Of a stretch of 64,000 nucleotides of DNA, positions 12,689 through 26,996 are shown one piece after another; position 1 is the stretch's first letter; each line of letters starts with the position of its first letter. The stretch is from contig CM097885.1 of assembly GCA_044892525.1 (NCBI GenBank), positions 14,014,001 to 14,078,000 of the forward strand, given 5' to 3'. The notes under the pieces were generated by a model. It searched no databases, had not been told where the DNA came from, and saw only the letters and a program-made list of their open reading frames with translations. Position numbers and translations under genes: made by a program. This stretch comes from Schmidtea polychroa. Its lineage: Eukaryota.

Positions 12689-15600
12689 TGTAATGTATTG
12701 TTATATTTTATTTTATTTGTTGGTTGTTTTGGTTCAATGTAAGTAACAATTCTGCACGTTGCACGCGGAGAAGACTTTTTTTATCTTTTTTTTAAAAAAA
12801 TAAACTATATAGCGATAATTTACTATGGTAATTTATCGCTATAGAAAATGGATCACCAGTAAAAAAATCAATAAAAAAATTTAAAAAAATATTGGAAGAT
12901 ATACCGATTTGAAATTATTCAAAGATATATTTGCGAAGATATACCCGGGAGGAAAATACTATTCACTACCATTATTCACTATTATTCACTATTCGAAGAT
13001 ATATCCGAAAAACAAAAGATCTAATTTCCCGTTTTCACTAAAACAAGTTTGACTAATTATTTTCTTTTTAATAAATGTTGGAGTTATTGTTCGCGTTTAT
13101 TTTCTTTTTATATTATAATTGATATCTAGCTGTATACTCTACTTATTCATAAGATACACGTACGCCAACTGTCCCAAACAGTTATTTTTGCGGAGATTCT
13201 GTTAGCCTCTACACTTTTCCTCTACTCAATATCCCCACGTCATTTTTCTTTTACTGCATAAGTAAACTAATAAAATTGGTGTCAGAAGATAAAAAAACAA
13301 TAACACACACGCATTCGGCATTTATTCTTTCAATCACGAAACCTTTTAGTATAGTTATTATAGAACTATAAAGGCTAGTGACTCTGTTGGCCGAACACAG
13401 TAGGCCATATCCTTCAGATAAACTATTCTAATTTTTTAACACACAAAACAATAAATGGCAACCAATCAAATAAACCCGACAAAACACCACACAGATACCT
13501 AACTCATACACCAGAAAACATAAACTATCATTACAACCCTAACACCCACACAGCAAACACACACACAACACAAGAAAGCAGTACTTATTACTACAACCCC
13601 GACAATTCATCTGCGGTAAACGCAATACTTAATCCTAAGGCCAACATCCCAAATTTCGTTACAGACAAAAATGGAACATCACCAAAATGGCAGAATTCGC
13701 CAAACTAACATTTAGTATATCAGACATCAAATCATCAAAAACAGTTTGCTCTCACATAATTGCCGCCTTTCCAAGCAGCATCCTCAACGAAATAGCCGAT
13801 AGAATAGAGGAAATATCAATGGATGACAACCCTTTCGAAAACTTATACAATGCCCTAATAAATAGGAACAAAATAAACAAACGAGAACTACTTGAATCAT
13901 GTTTGAAAGATATACAATTGGGTAACGTCAAACCGTCTGAATTCCTGCGAAATTTAAAAACAAAACTCGAATACTGACAAATTAAAATAACAAGCACCGG
14001 GTCAAAAGAGATTATCAAAGACCTACCTGAAATACGCCGGATTCTAGCTGTCAGCAACTGCACAGACCTCGAAACCCTGGCAAACATAGCAGACAAAATC
14101 AACGCCAAAATATACCCGACAATATGTAGAACATACCAAAACAAAAATTATTCCAAAAATAATGAACAAAACATCCCGGTACACAATAGCTCAGAAACTA
14201 CAGAAACGAACAAACTCCTCTCAACTTTGGTAACAAAATTTTGACGAAATAATTATCGAAAACAAAAGTCTAAGAAAAGACATTACCGAATTACAAAGAA
14301 GAGTATCCAGGAGAACACAATGTTATGAAAACAGGCAAAATTATCCAACACAAAATACAAGATCAGGCAGCCGCAACAGCTTGGACAGAAACAAAACATG
14401 GAACAACCCTAATAAATGCACAAACCAAAACTATTGTTACTACCACAATAAATTTGGGAATAAAGCATATAAATGCAACAAACCTTGCTCCTTCGACAAA
14501 GAAGAGTCGGGAAACATATAAAGTCACCAATGATAGCACCGACAATTGGTGACAGCCAAACTTTCACAGTGCATAGCAATGGCCTTAACTTTCTCGTTGA
14601 TTCAGGCTCAATAATTTCATTGTTCCGAATTACTTGTATAAAAATACAAAACAGAAACCTCGAATTTGTGTGCAGCAAACGCAGCCCAATCAAAACGTTC
14701 GGGAAACAAAACATTAAAATCATCATCAACAACACACAATACAACACTGATGTCCAACACAGTCGCCACTCGTCACATTTTTTTTTATGTTTTATTTAAT
14801 ACTTCAATTCTATCCATAATACAAAGTTGTAACCAAAACATAAACAACGACAAATTTTTATTTTGTAATCTTACATGCTAAGAAATGCTCATGGCAGATC
14901 CCGGTGTGTCAAATTTACGTACACATAGTGTCATGTGATTGTTTATTAAGAACTAAAATTTCGTTTTTAATTAATTTAGGTGTTTTCAAATAAACTAAAG
15001 TAATTTAAATGATTATTATTGTTATTTACCTGCATTGCTGTTGTTTACAATTGGGTTACAATGAAAAAAAAGGAGATAGCTCTACATTCTACAAAAAATA
15101 TATTAATCTACCTCTTTCCTCTCATTATATTATGTAGCAACTCAGTCAGTAACCGTATACCTGTCGTATACCGAAAAACACTATGTTAGCGTTATGAATG
15201 TAATAGATGTAGACAGCAGTACTTTTCTGTAAATTTATATATAGACTGCTTTTTCCAACCAATGCACTATGTTCCAACTAACATTACGTACGTACACATA
15301 GTGAGACAGTAGGATGTTTTAAGTATCTGCACTCTCATTCATATTTATTATTGTTTAAGTTAATTCCTAATTTATTATAATTTTGTTACAAGTAGTAAAC
15401 AGAAGAAAACAAAAAAAAATTTTTATGCCAAAATGTGCTTCTTATCTATTTGTGAAAACGCTTTTTTAAAATTTAAAAACAAATGACATTTTCATCAAAG
15501 TAGGCGTTTTTTTGGTTTATTTTCCCGTTGTATGAATCCCATGTATTAGTCTCATGTTTGTTTTTGTTAAATAAACAACTAACGTGCGACTTTAAATATT

Positions 15601-18600
15601 ACATATTATTCTTTTGAAATTATATTAAAATTATTTCACCGTAAAAAATGGATAAATATTTAAAACGACATTCCGATACTGATAGTTCAGCTAGGCAAGA
15701 AGAAGCAACTGGTTCAACTCAATTAGAACCCAAAAAAAGAGATTGGAAAAAGGTTTGCCGCAAATTTAATGGTAAATGGGAACTAGAATTTGCTGTAATG
15801 GAACAAAACCAAAAAACTGTATGTATATTGTGTAACAAAACTTTTAATGACAATAAAGTGGACAGCATAAAAAAGCATTATCAACAAATGCATAGTGAAT
15901 TTGATTGTAAGTTTCCTGTCGCAAGCAAGTTAGAACGAATGAAATAACTCGCTTAAAGTCAAAATTAGAAGGACAGCAATCTTTTTTTAAACGGTTTTTA
16001 ACTACATCCGAACTTATTACTTTGGCTAGCTACAAAACGGCTTGGATTTTAGCTCAAAAAAGAAAACCTTTTTCGGATGGAGAACTAATCAAAGAGATTG
16101 TCCTGTCTATTATGGAAATTTTACTTGAAAATTATGAAGAACCTTTGAAGAAAGATATAATGCAAAAAATAGAAAACATGCAATTGAGTCACCAAACTAT
16201 TGCTCGTAGAATGCAAGACTTGATGAAAAACATCAATAAGCAATTGCTCCAACATTTGAAAAGTTGTATATGTTTTTCTTTAGCATTAGACGAGTCATAT
16301 GACATCCGAGACACTGCTCAGTTAATTTTTTGGATACGCCTGGTTTCAAAAGACTTGGAAATATATGAAGAAATGTTGACAATCCGTGGAATGAAAGACC
16401 GTACTAGAGGCGTAGATATTTTTGAAATTTTCAAAAGTGTCGCTGAAGACTTTCAATTAGATATGACGAAATTAGTTTCTGTCACAACAGATGGTGCTCC
16501 AGCGATGCTTGGACAAAAATCTGGATTTGTCGGTATTTTGAAACAACAAACACACGTATGCTTGGTCGCTTCTTTCCACGCATGATACATGTGGAAAATA
16601 TATGTGCTCAATTATCTGGAACAGACATTTTGAAAAATATGATGGATTCGTAGTAAGTGCTACAAACCATCGTCAGTTTCTGGAGCTTTTAAAGGAAATT
16701 GAGGGCACTGAATTTAAAGATCTGCTATTTTTTACAAATGTTCGGTGGTTAAGTCGTGGTAAAGTTTTGGAACGATTTGTATCATTATTAAATCCCATCC
16801 GAAATTTCCTTCAAGAAAAAGAAATGCTTATCAATTTTTCTGAAATAGAAAATAAGGAATGGCAATGCGATTTAATTTTTCTCACTGATATAACGTTACA
16901 TATTAATGAATTAAATTTAAAACTTCAAGGAAAAGGAAAGCTAATATGTGATTTGGCACAGTATATACGAGAATTTGTCTCTAAATTAAAACTTTTTGTG
17001 ACACAGTTAAAAGATTATGATTTCACGCATTTCGATAATATGGAAAAAAATTGCCAAGCATCACATTAAATAATTTTTGAATTTTGTGTTTAATGTTATT
17101 AAAAAAACTTGTGTAATTCCTAAAATTGATTAAAATAAAAAACTATTATAAAACATTTTGTTTTAAATTTATTTTAATGTGGCGAATGAAAATTTCTAAA
17201 TTGACGATTGTGGCTACAATCAAATTTCTGTTGGACACCGCTGCAATACAATTTGCAATTCACTATCGCTGAAGTCAAACAATCCATTTTAAGAGCAGAT
17301 TTCCTCTCAAACTTCGATCTACTAGTCGACTGCAAGAATGGAAAAGTCTTTCCAAACAATTTAAGCAACATATACAACAAAAATAAACAATCCAAGAAAC
17401 AAATCAATTGTGACATCGGAGTAATAACAGCCCAACACGGTAAAACAAAAACAATTAAAACAGAAACAAACTGGCATATACCTAATGAAATCGCAAAACT
17501 AATACAAAATGTACCAAATATAACTAATAAACTAGAGGCAAACAATAACAAAAAATGCATAACCGAACACATAATAATTAGCAACGGAAACCCAGTCCAT
17601 GCAAAAGTCAGAAAATTAGACAAAAATAAACTCGAAATACCTAAGAAAATATTCGACGAACTACTAGAAAACCAAATCGTCAAACACTCAAACTCAAACT
17701 GGTCATCAGCTCTCATGCGCAAAGAAAAGGCAAACGGCGAATGGCGAGCCTGTGGAGACTACAGAGTATTAAAGAATATCACAACAACCGATAAATACCC
17801 AATTCCAATAATAAACGACATCATTAACAGATTAAACAAACCCAAAACTTTCAGCAAAATAGACTTAGAAAAAGCCTGTCATCAAATTCCTGTCAGAACG
17901 GAAGACACAAATAAAACTGCACATAACACCCATAGGACTTTTCGAATATAACAAAATGCCTTTTGGATTAAAAAACGCAGCAGCCCCTTTCCAACGCTTT
18001 ATGGACCAAATATTTCGAAATCAACAAAACACATTCGCACATCTAGACGACATCTTGATAGCATCAGCAAACAAAACAGAACATATACAAAACATTAAAA
18101 ATGTGTTCGAAATATTAAACAAATATAAACTAAAAATTAACATAAAAAAATGTGAATTTTTGAAAAGAGAAATAAATTTTTGGGAGATCTGTTAAACGAA
18201 AACGGAATAAAACCATTAGACGACAAAATCAAAGCAATCAAAAACTATCCGTTACCCAAACCAACAAAAGAGCTAAGACGTTTCCTTGGCATGATCAACT
18301 TCTATCACAAATACATACCAAAATGTAGCGAAATGCTAGCCCCTCTCAACAAATTGAACAAAATAAAGAGAATCATCAAAATAAATTGGAACGAAAAGCT
18401 AATAACAACTTTAAACAGGCAAAAGAAAATCTGAAAAAAAGGTTGAATTCACTCCAATTGGAAGAAATAGACGGCATATGGTACGACACTTCAAACGACA
18501 ACAACAAAAGAATTATAGTACCAGCAGAACTGCGTGATCAAGATTTAGTTGTACAATTTTTATAATTTTTTTAGTTGTAAAACACAAAACAAAAACACAA

Positions 18601-19248
18601 CTAAACCATCACAAATTCCAACAACATATTTTTAATTTTTTTGTATATATGTAAAGCCGTTTAAATGTTAACCTCCGGTTTTAAAGGGGGAAGTTCTGTA
18701 ATGTATTGTTATATTTTATTTTAATTGTTGGTTGTTCTGGTTCAATGTAAGTAACAATTCTGTGCGTTGCACGTGGAAAACTCTTTTTTTATCTTTTTTT
18801 AAAAAAAATAAACTATATAGCAATAGAAAATGGATAACAAATAAAAAGGTCAATAAAAAAACTATTCGAAGATATACCGAATTGAAATTATTCAAAGATA
18901 TATTTACGAAGATTTACTCGAAAGAAAAATACAATTATTCACTACCATTATTCACTATTATTCACTATTCGAAGATATATCCGAAAAGCAAAAGATTTAA
19001 TTTCCCGTTTTCACAAAAACAAGGTTGACTAATTATTTTCTTTTTAATAAAAGCTGGAGTTATTGTTCGCGTTTATTTTCTTTTTATATTATAATTGATA
19101 TCTAGCTGTATACTCTACTTATTCATAACATACACGCATGCCAACTGTCCCAAACAGGTATTTTTGCGGAGACTCTGTTGCCCTCTACAACTTTTATCTA
19201 CTCAATATCCCCATATCATTTTTCTTTAATTGCATAAGTAAACTAACA
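12689..19248 (+). mobile_element. Gypsy LTR retrotransposon B with both LTRs (12689-13272, 18697-19248), internally deleted
   Basis: Direct-repeat LTRs; PBS TGGTGTCAGAAG (Leu-like) at 13278; PPT AAAGGGGGAAG at ~18683; gag ~13454-14500; protease FLVDSGS; RT WRACGDYR, MPFGLKNA, HLDD; TSD CTTTA/CTTTC. Confidence 0.88.
14745..17243 (+). mobile_element. hAT (Buster/Spin, GTF2IRD2-like) transposon with frameshifted transposase at 15648-17069
   Basis: TIRs CACTGATGTCCAACA / TGTTGGACACCGCTG; exact 8-bp TSD CAATACAA; motifs CILC..H, LALDES, TTDGAPAM, VRWLSRG. Confidence 0.92.
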
Positions 19249-21131
19249 CTTTCCTTTTAACTGTACTATCTGTTAAATCTATCACAAACTTATCTAGTTT
19301 ATTAAGTAGATCCATTCCAAGAACACACATGCTTTTGCACTCCTCAGCGACTTTAAATATATGATTTATTGTTTGACTTGCCAAATGGACTGTCAGTTCA
19401 ATGTTTCCTTTTAATGGAATATCGTGTGCTGACAATGATACCACTCTTTCTCTTGTGGTTACAATATTTTTCTTTTGATTCTCTGTTAATTGATCCTCTC
19501 TTATCAATGATGCTGCTGCTCCTGTATCAACTAGAGCGTGTATGCTTATATTATTTATTGTTATTTGAAGTAATGGTCTTGCTTCATTTGCTGATCCCCA
19601 TATGTCATTCATGCAAAGTTCCAAACCATAGCACCCGTATATTTTTCTGGGTACACCATGACAACTTTTGCTTAGTTTTGGCATTATAATTTTCCATTTC
19701 TTTTCATAAATCTCTTTGATTATCGTATATGCCTCTGCTTGGCTGTTGTTCCGATTCTTCCGGGTTCTCTTCATCTTTTTCTATGATCATTATCTGCTGC
19801 TCGTCTTCTCTTCGTCTTTTTATTAATCGGATCTCTTTGTCATGTTTTGTTGTTATTAAATATTTGGCTATGAATGGGCAAAAACATGCTATTAGCTTGT
19901 ACGAATTTCCAAACACTTGTCTGAGCTGTTTTAATGACATTAATTACGAGCAAATCATTTTCAATACTCGGTATACCACATTTTTAAAATGTTCCTTTGA
20001 CAATAATACATCAAAATTGTAGCTTCCTCCATGACTACATTCAATTACTTAATTTACTATGATTGATTTTTTTTATTATTTTTTTCTTTTTCATAAGGAA
20101 TTAACATGTGTTTTCTGGCACTTTCTATGTCTTCTCTTGTATACATGCCATTATTGTCCATTTCGTTGACTTCCATAAATTCTAGTTTTTTTCCTAGTTC
20201 AATTAATTCTAGTTTATGCAACTTTGTTGCTTCTTTTCTGTCGGACATCGTAATCCACATATCATCACTGATTTTATATAATGGATCAAGCAGATTAGTG
20301 CATTTATCAAATTTTCTCGGAACATAGTCTTTATCTGTTATCCTTGTTAAAAATTTGTTATCGGCCTTTTGGGCTCTTCTAAATCCATCATCATCAATAT
20401 ATACTTCATTTGTAAAAATTTCTAATTCATTTAGTGATACCTCAAGTATTTTCTCAATAAGTCTACAACATAGAGTCTTGAACTCTTTTAACTCTTCTCT
20501 TAACATATTTATCTCATTATAATCTGCTACCAATTCAGCACTATTTACCTGTTTTTTATATAGTTCCTCTTTAATATTTACTCTGATTGGCGATTTTTCT
20601 CGCGGTTTATAACATGTTTTCGCTAAGTGGCCATATCTCTGGCAATTATAACATTTGATTTGTCCTTGTAAATATACTTTTTCTCTACTATCATTGTTAT
20701 ACGGGCTTAGTCGCCTCTCTCTATACTCATTTTGTCTATATGAGCTCATTCGCCTGTTTCTTAAATCCTTTCTGTTATATTCCGGATGGTTATATCTATT
20801 ATTTTCGAAACGACTGTTCCTATTATCTCGAGTATCGTATCTACCAAAACGACTATTTTGATTACAATATCTATTGTTGTATCGATTATCTCTAAAACAA
20901 TTATTTCCATTATCTCTATCATTATTTCGATTACTTCACATATAAGGGGATTCTTGTTTTCAATTCATCAAGTGTCCAACCACAAGCCTCTGCATACTCA
21001 GAAATCTCAGTGAAAAAATCGTCGAACTTTTCTGGCTCTCCCTTATATGACTCAATAGGTAAAATTTTAATGAAATTATTATTATTATTGTTATTATTAT
21101 TATTCATTTTATATATTATCCTATTTCTCAA
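19249..21131 (-). pseudogene. Element A gag and protease fragments
   Basis: CCHC knuckle CYNCQRYGHLAKTC; aspartic protease ALVDTGA...VLGMD. Confidence 0.85.
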
Positions 21132-24100
21132 TTTATAAATTATTTCACATGATTCTTCTATTTTTTAATTTTTCAAAGAATTTCTTTACCAAAAGCACTC
21201 ACTCTCTCAATTTTAAAAGATTTCAAAATGATAAATTATTTATATGGTCAATAATAATCTAATTTTATAAATAAAATTTCCCAATATATACTACACTATC
21301 CCTGTGATCGCAAATCCTGTATCCCAAATATAAAATATTCAATAATTGATTTTAAGGTCCGGGTTCGCGGCACCAAATGTTGAGGTCTCACTATTTGAGA
21401 TTCTCAACTTACCTTCCAAAGTTTACTGGTCCAGATAATACTTAATTTAAGGGCGTTTTAACTAAATTTGTGAATGTGATTTATATAAATTTTATATTAA
21501 ATTTATTTGTTTAGATTTTGTCTTTTTTCTTTTACATTTTGTTTATTCAAATAATTTCTGTTTATTTATTTAAGAATTTTTACTCTCTCCAAGGAAAATG
21601 CGTTTTTTTATTTTATTTAATGGAATTTCTCTATTTGTTTGTTTTTGATTTTATTTAATTTTTTATTTTGTATGACAGTAAATTCGTTTATTTCAGAAAT
21701 TATTTTGTTTTTTTAACCAATTGTTATTTTAAAATTTGTTACCTTCTACTCGAGTCGTCATTGTGTGAACATTTTCGGCGTGGTCGCCAGTTACAACAAT
21801 TGGTTCCATCTAAAGATTTATTAATATTAACACAGAGTGATCACTCTTAAATCGTAATGTATATTGCGTAATAACTAACACATTGTATTGAATTACGCAA
21901 TATACTCTGAACTGCTTCACATTTGGTCCTTGGCCTCTAATGTAATATCATTACTAAAGTAATTCCGTTCCTAAATTATGTAGTTAAGATTTTATGTTTA
22001 CGAAATAAAATGATATGACGTAAAAATAAAAGATGAACAATTATTTACACCATATAATATAAATCCATAAAATAAATAAAAAATAATTAAGTCACATATT
22101 TGATCACAAATTATCTAAAATTGAATTGTCACACTACCACCATATGAATGGAATAATACATTTTCGACACAGACAAATAAAATTGATTTGTCCTGATATA
22201 ATTAAATCACAAAAGATAATTAAGTCACATAGATTATCTCAAGATAATATATAAATCAGGAATTGTCTAATTTGAATTATCGATTGAATTAAGAGTTGTA
22301 ATGTTCCAGAATTTAACTGTCAATGTGGAATAAGTCTGATTTGAATTATCGAGTTCATCTGAATTGTTTGATCAATTTGTTTTGTTGGATCTACTGATTG
22401 GCTTTTCACTATACACATTCACCCTGAACTTGTTTGGCCCAGTCTTATAGTCAGTTGTTAGGACAAATGTGTTAATGGGCCTGCCCCTGTCATCTAACAT
22501 TTCTTTTCGCTATACTATCACTTTTCTTTCTTCGAACTACTGGTTATACTATTTACTTACCGGTGGCTTTTATGTCCGTCTCGTGATTATAAATTCTCCT
22601 TATCAAATTAATTTGGATACTTTTCCCCGCGCTTCATATTACCAACCTAATTGTTTTGGGCAATTTATACTTTTTGTGATAGTTTGCCCCATTTTAATTA
22701 CTTGTCGACTGCCTCTAATTAATTTGATTGACCACTCGAGTCCTCTGACACCTCACGAGTTTCGCATTTCCTCAATTTTTTGATTAGCTAATTAATTTTA
22801 GTTTTTGTAATTATTTCCTTAAAGGGACGCCCCTCACTGACTGAAGTTTTATTATATTTGAACTCGTCTCATTGTTCGGCATCTGCACATACCAGTTTCC
22901 CACGGAAAATATTCATTCTTAATTTTTATGATTTTTAATTATTATTGTGAATTTGATGTTTTCATTGATTTTCACATTGTTTTTGTGCCTTCCTCGTCGA
23001 ATCCCAACACAATTAATTTTATCAAATTGATTTGATTCAACTGATTTCTTTTGCGTTGGTTGGTTATTTTATATTCGGAACAACCAGATAGTTTAATTTT
23101 TATTTTCAAATAATCAAAATATTCTGGGCTTTCGATAGAAAATATTCACATAAGCTGTTGTATAGTTCAACTCCAAATTCAATTTATGCATCAAGTTTTG
23201 TGTTTTATTTACACCATAAAGCTTATCTAAAACATCGAACCTAATTGATATCATAATACCAGTTTCTAAATAATTAAATTGGTTTAATAATCCATGTGCC
23301 TCTTGTTTTATGACTGATTTTTGTGCCGCACATTAGAAAAAAGTTTAATACATTTTGGAATGATTCACAGCTTTTATATATGATTAAAAATACAGTTTAT
23401 GCGCAAGGGACCTGTTTGTAAAAGTATTAGTTCTTGGCTCCTAAATTCAGCTGTCGATTGTTTTTCATTACCAACAAAATTGTCAAGTGAGATAACCATA
23501 TAATTAGAAAATTTTGTTATTTATCAAAACTGAGTAGCGACAGAAACTAAGATAATCAAGCAGTATAATATAAAGTGTGAATTTTATGTAGTCAACATTT
23601 GTATTATAATTAAATAATATAATCAATCGCCATAATTGTATTTTTCTAAAATATTTCTAAAGCAAATATCAGAAATTCTAATGAATATTTAATTTAAACT
23701 CAAAAATAATTCTTACGATGAATTTCATGACAATTTAACGTAGCTTCTTTAAAAATATATTTTCTTCGATCCTTTTTCGCATTAAAATTGTCTCAAATAA
23801 AGTTATTATAGAAACGTATCTCAGTGGCGCATTTCTATATATCGAAAGTTTATATGTGTTTTATAGTATGTGTTGTGTTTGTGTGCAGTATTATCTTTTT
23901 CTAATACTTTTAAGATTTCTATAGTGCAAGATGTATTTCATTGCACTATTAACGAGAACATCAGTGTGAAAACAAAGACTGTATATTTCTATGTAAGTTA
24001 TTGATTTTTTTCATATATAATAGGAAACGTCGTTGAATGGTTTCTGGTGCAAAAATATAAAAATATATTATATAGAAACCTAAATTATAAATTGAAATTA

Positions 24101-25583
24101 TATTATAATTGATTATTTGATTATTGATTAATTAATTATCATAATTCATATTAAAATTAATATGACTGTCCTTTATGATTTAACGAATTGCTTGCAAATT
24201 TTTAGAATTTCATTTACCTTCATTTCAATTATAGATCAAATAACCTATAAAATAAAAACTGCTTGAACAATCGTGTAAATGAAGATACAATAAAAATTTG
24301 CGAGGTCATTTATATTTTCATATTTTATCATAATAATGATATTTTTAATATTGTTGAGTTATTAAACGATTGAGTTATTTAACGATCACCACAACCAAAA
24401 CCCTCAAAATAATCACCCAAAATACAAAACACAAGAACGAACAGAAACACAGACAAATCAGAAACAAATCAGATTCAGCGAAAAAGACTAAAAAAAATTT
24501 TGCATTTAAAATTGTTTTTTAAATATTGAATTTCAATTTTCACCACTGATTTCTTTTCCATTGACATTGTATTTATTAGAAAGCTTGACAATGAATCAGT
24601 AAATATATCGATGTTTTTTGATATTCACGAATTTTCGGTACTGCCTTTTTCAAGTGATTTTCAAAACGTTCAAAAAGCGGGAAAATATTTTGAGAGCTTT
24701 GAAATTAACGAAAAGAAATTAATTTATTTTAAAAAGAAATTAATCAACGAACAATATATGTTACAATTGAAAGTAATACAATCAACCAATGAAATTATCA
24801 TGATGACATCATGAATAATAATATTAATATCAACAAGATAATATCACTCCCTTTCTCACCAATGCACCTAAAACCATTATATATCTATGAAATGGAGTAA
24901 AATGGTTTCATGTGGAAGTAACAAAATATAATATTAATAATAATAATAATAATTTATAAAATAAATATCAAAATATTTTGCATGTGACAGTTTATTGATC
25001 AGATCAGTCAAATATGAATGTTCATGATTTATAATAAATTAATAATAGAAGACTAAATTTGAGCTGTTCAGGTATATTTGGAATTAGCCGCAATGTGTTC
25101 TGATGGTTTTGGCTCACCGAAAAATCTGAGCCAAACTTTAGCATAACCATATAGTTCTTGCTCATTGGCAACACCGGTACTCGGGGGAGAATTCTAAATG
25201 ATCTTCAAATGAGGATATTGGTGAAAGTAACTCACCAATGCAAATACACGCTCCCTAACCGATGGATTGGCAACCAACTCGCACATATTATGAGCCACTT
25301 AAAATATTTAGAAATGAAAAAAAATTTCAAATTAAAAACTATTTATATTAATATATTTTAAGTTTAGGTTAGCTCGTGACATACAAAATGATTATTAGCT
25401 TCCTAAGCGTCGCAAAGCAATAGAACATATTGTACATCACTTCGCGTGACGATTTCAACATGGTGGAGTAAAGGTTGATACAACGAGCTCTTCTGACATC
25501 ACTTAACGGATAGGAACACAGGCGGTAGATATATAAGGCACACCCATAGGAATTCACCATCATTTCTACATTGCGGACATGCT

Positions 25584-25586
<3 letters not shown>

Positions 25587-25643
<57 letters not shown>
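25587..25643. repeat. (TA)n microsatellite
   Basis: Direct. Confidence 0.95.
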
Positions 25644-25646
<3 letters not shown>

Positions 25647-25979
25647 CGCCATGTTTACAAGTCTACAGGTATTTTTTCTGTGAATTAGCTAATTTGCAAT
25701 TGATGTGATTCCCAGTGTCATAGCATGTTTATATACACTTGTAATGTTTAGTGCACTTTAAATTAATATATTTGCATTTCGTTAAATAAATTTCGTTTCA
25801 AAAGTATAGGACATTTTTGTAAATATATCATTATATTATATTAAGACTTCCCTCCATTATGTTTATATTGTTTTAATATCTACCGTATAATGATAGTGAA
25901 TACGAAAAAGGAAAGATTTATGCATATTCCATTATATATATTTGAATGTTTCATAAATGATTGCAATTATAATAAAATT

Positions 25980-26435
25980 GGTGACATTGAAGAATGAGAA
26001 TCGCTCATTGAGAATGGAGATGGAGACAAATATTGGGTCAATCAATCAAGTTTGATTATTGATTTGATTTATTATTAATGCAAAGCAGGTCAGGCAGCAA
26101 ATTGATGTGATTGAATCAAAATGTCAACAGCAAATTGATGAGATGAAAGAGAAATGCGAGCAGCGACTGCAACAGGGGAATGAAAAGGTGATTTATTGAT
26201 TTATTTAAATGTTTGAATTTGAGATTCAGCTGCAGCTTGAAATGGCGAAATGCGCCAATGAAATTCGGCACAATGAAACAAAATTAGGAAATGAAAAATA
26301 TATAAATTACGGATTTTTTGAATGGCAAATCGATAAATTATCACAACAATCAATAGAATTGGATGCGAAATGAATGAGGTGGTAAAGGATGAAATGAAAG
26401 TCCATCTCTATGAGAACACTGAAGGCCATAGCAAA
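25980..26435 (+). pseudogene. Rearranged fragment of a TRAF-like paralogue
   Basis: Matches exon 2, exon 3 and the start of the last exon (with introns) of the downstream gene, followed by a piece of exon 1. Confidence 0.85.
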
Positions 26436-26996
26436 ATCAAAGATTTCATAAAATCATACAAAAATTCGTTACAATTTAATTTTTATTGTGTTAAATCTAA
26501 TCCAATTTATCAGTATTGCTTTGTGCATTTGACAATTTATAAATGCACATTTGTCAAAATAAAATGTGAAAATATCAATATGGGGCTCAAAGGAACTTTG
26601 TACACATCAGAAAATGTAAGACAAATATTTGTAACCATAACGAGATCATTAGATCAATATTTTAATATTTTATGAAAAATATTTATTTTTATATTTTGAT
26701 ATATTTTTAATTTGTGTTTGCCGTTAAAAATGTTAAAATTTTACATTTCGTTATCAAATTGTAATTTAAATAATTTTATAAGATTTAAAATAAATGAGAA
26801 AAACACTGAAAATTAGCATTAACAATATTTCAAGCTAAAATACAATATTTATAAAATGTTTGTTTATCTACATCAAAATACAAATTATAAATATTGAAAT
26901 TTTAAACGCCAGAGGAAATAATTAATAAAATAAGTATGATTTATAAATGTTGTAAAATGTTGAAATATTTTGATAATTTTGTTAATTTTAGATAAA

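Larger units (their letters stand above)
10840..23009 (-). mobile_element. Gypsy LTR retrotransposon A (3'-truncated), interrupted by element B
   Basis: LTR ~21378-23009 (TGTTG...CAACA), PBS TGGTGCCGCGAACCC (Phe-like), then gag, protease, RT and RNase H in order on the minus strand. Confidence 0.8.

Noticed and set aside
18732..19028. 98-aa ORF, and similar short ORFs at 8253-8444, 33199-33444 and 61182-61373
   Set aside because: They lie in LTRs or duplicated non-coding DNA, have non-ATG starts or no motifs, and are not credible genes.
25060..25580. GC-richer patches that might be exons of another gene
   Set aside because: No recognisable domain or consistent splice model could be built by eye.
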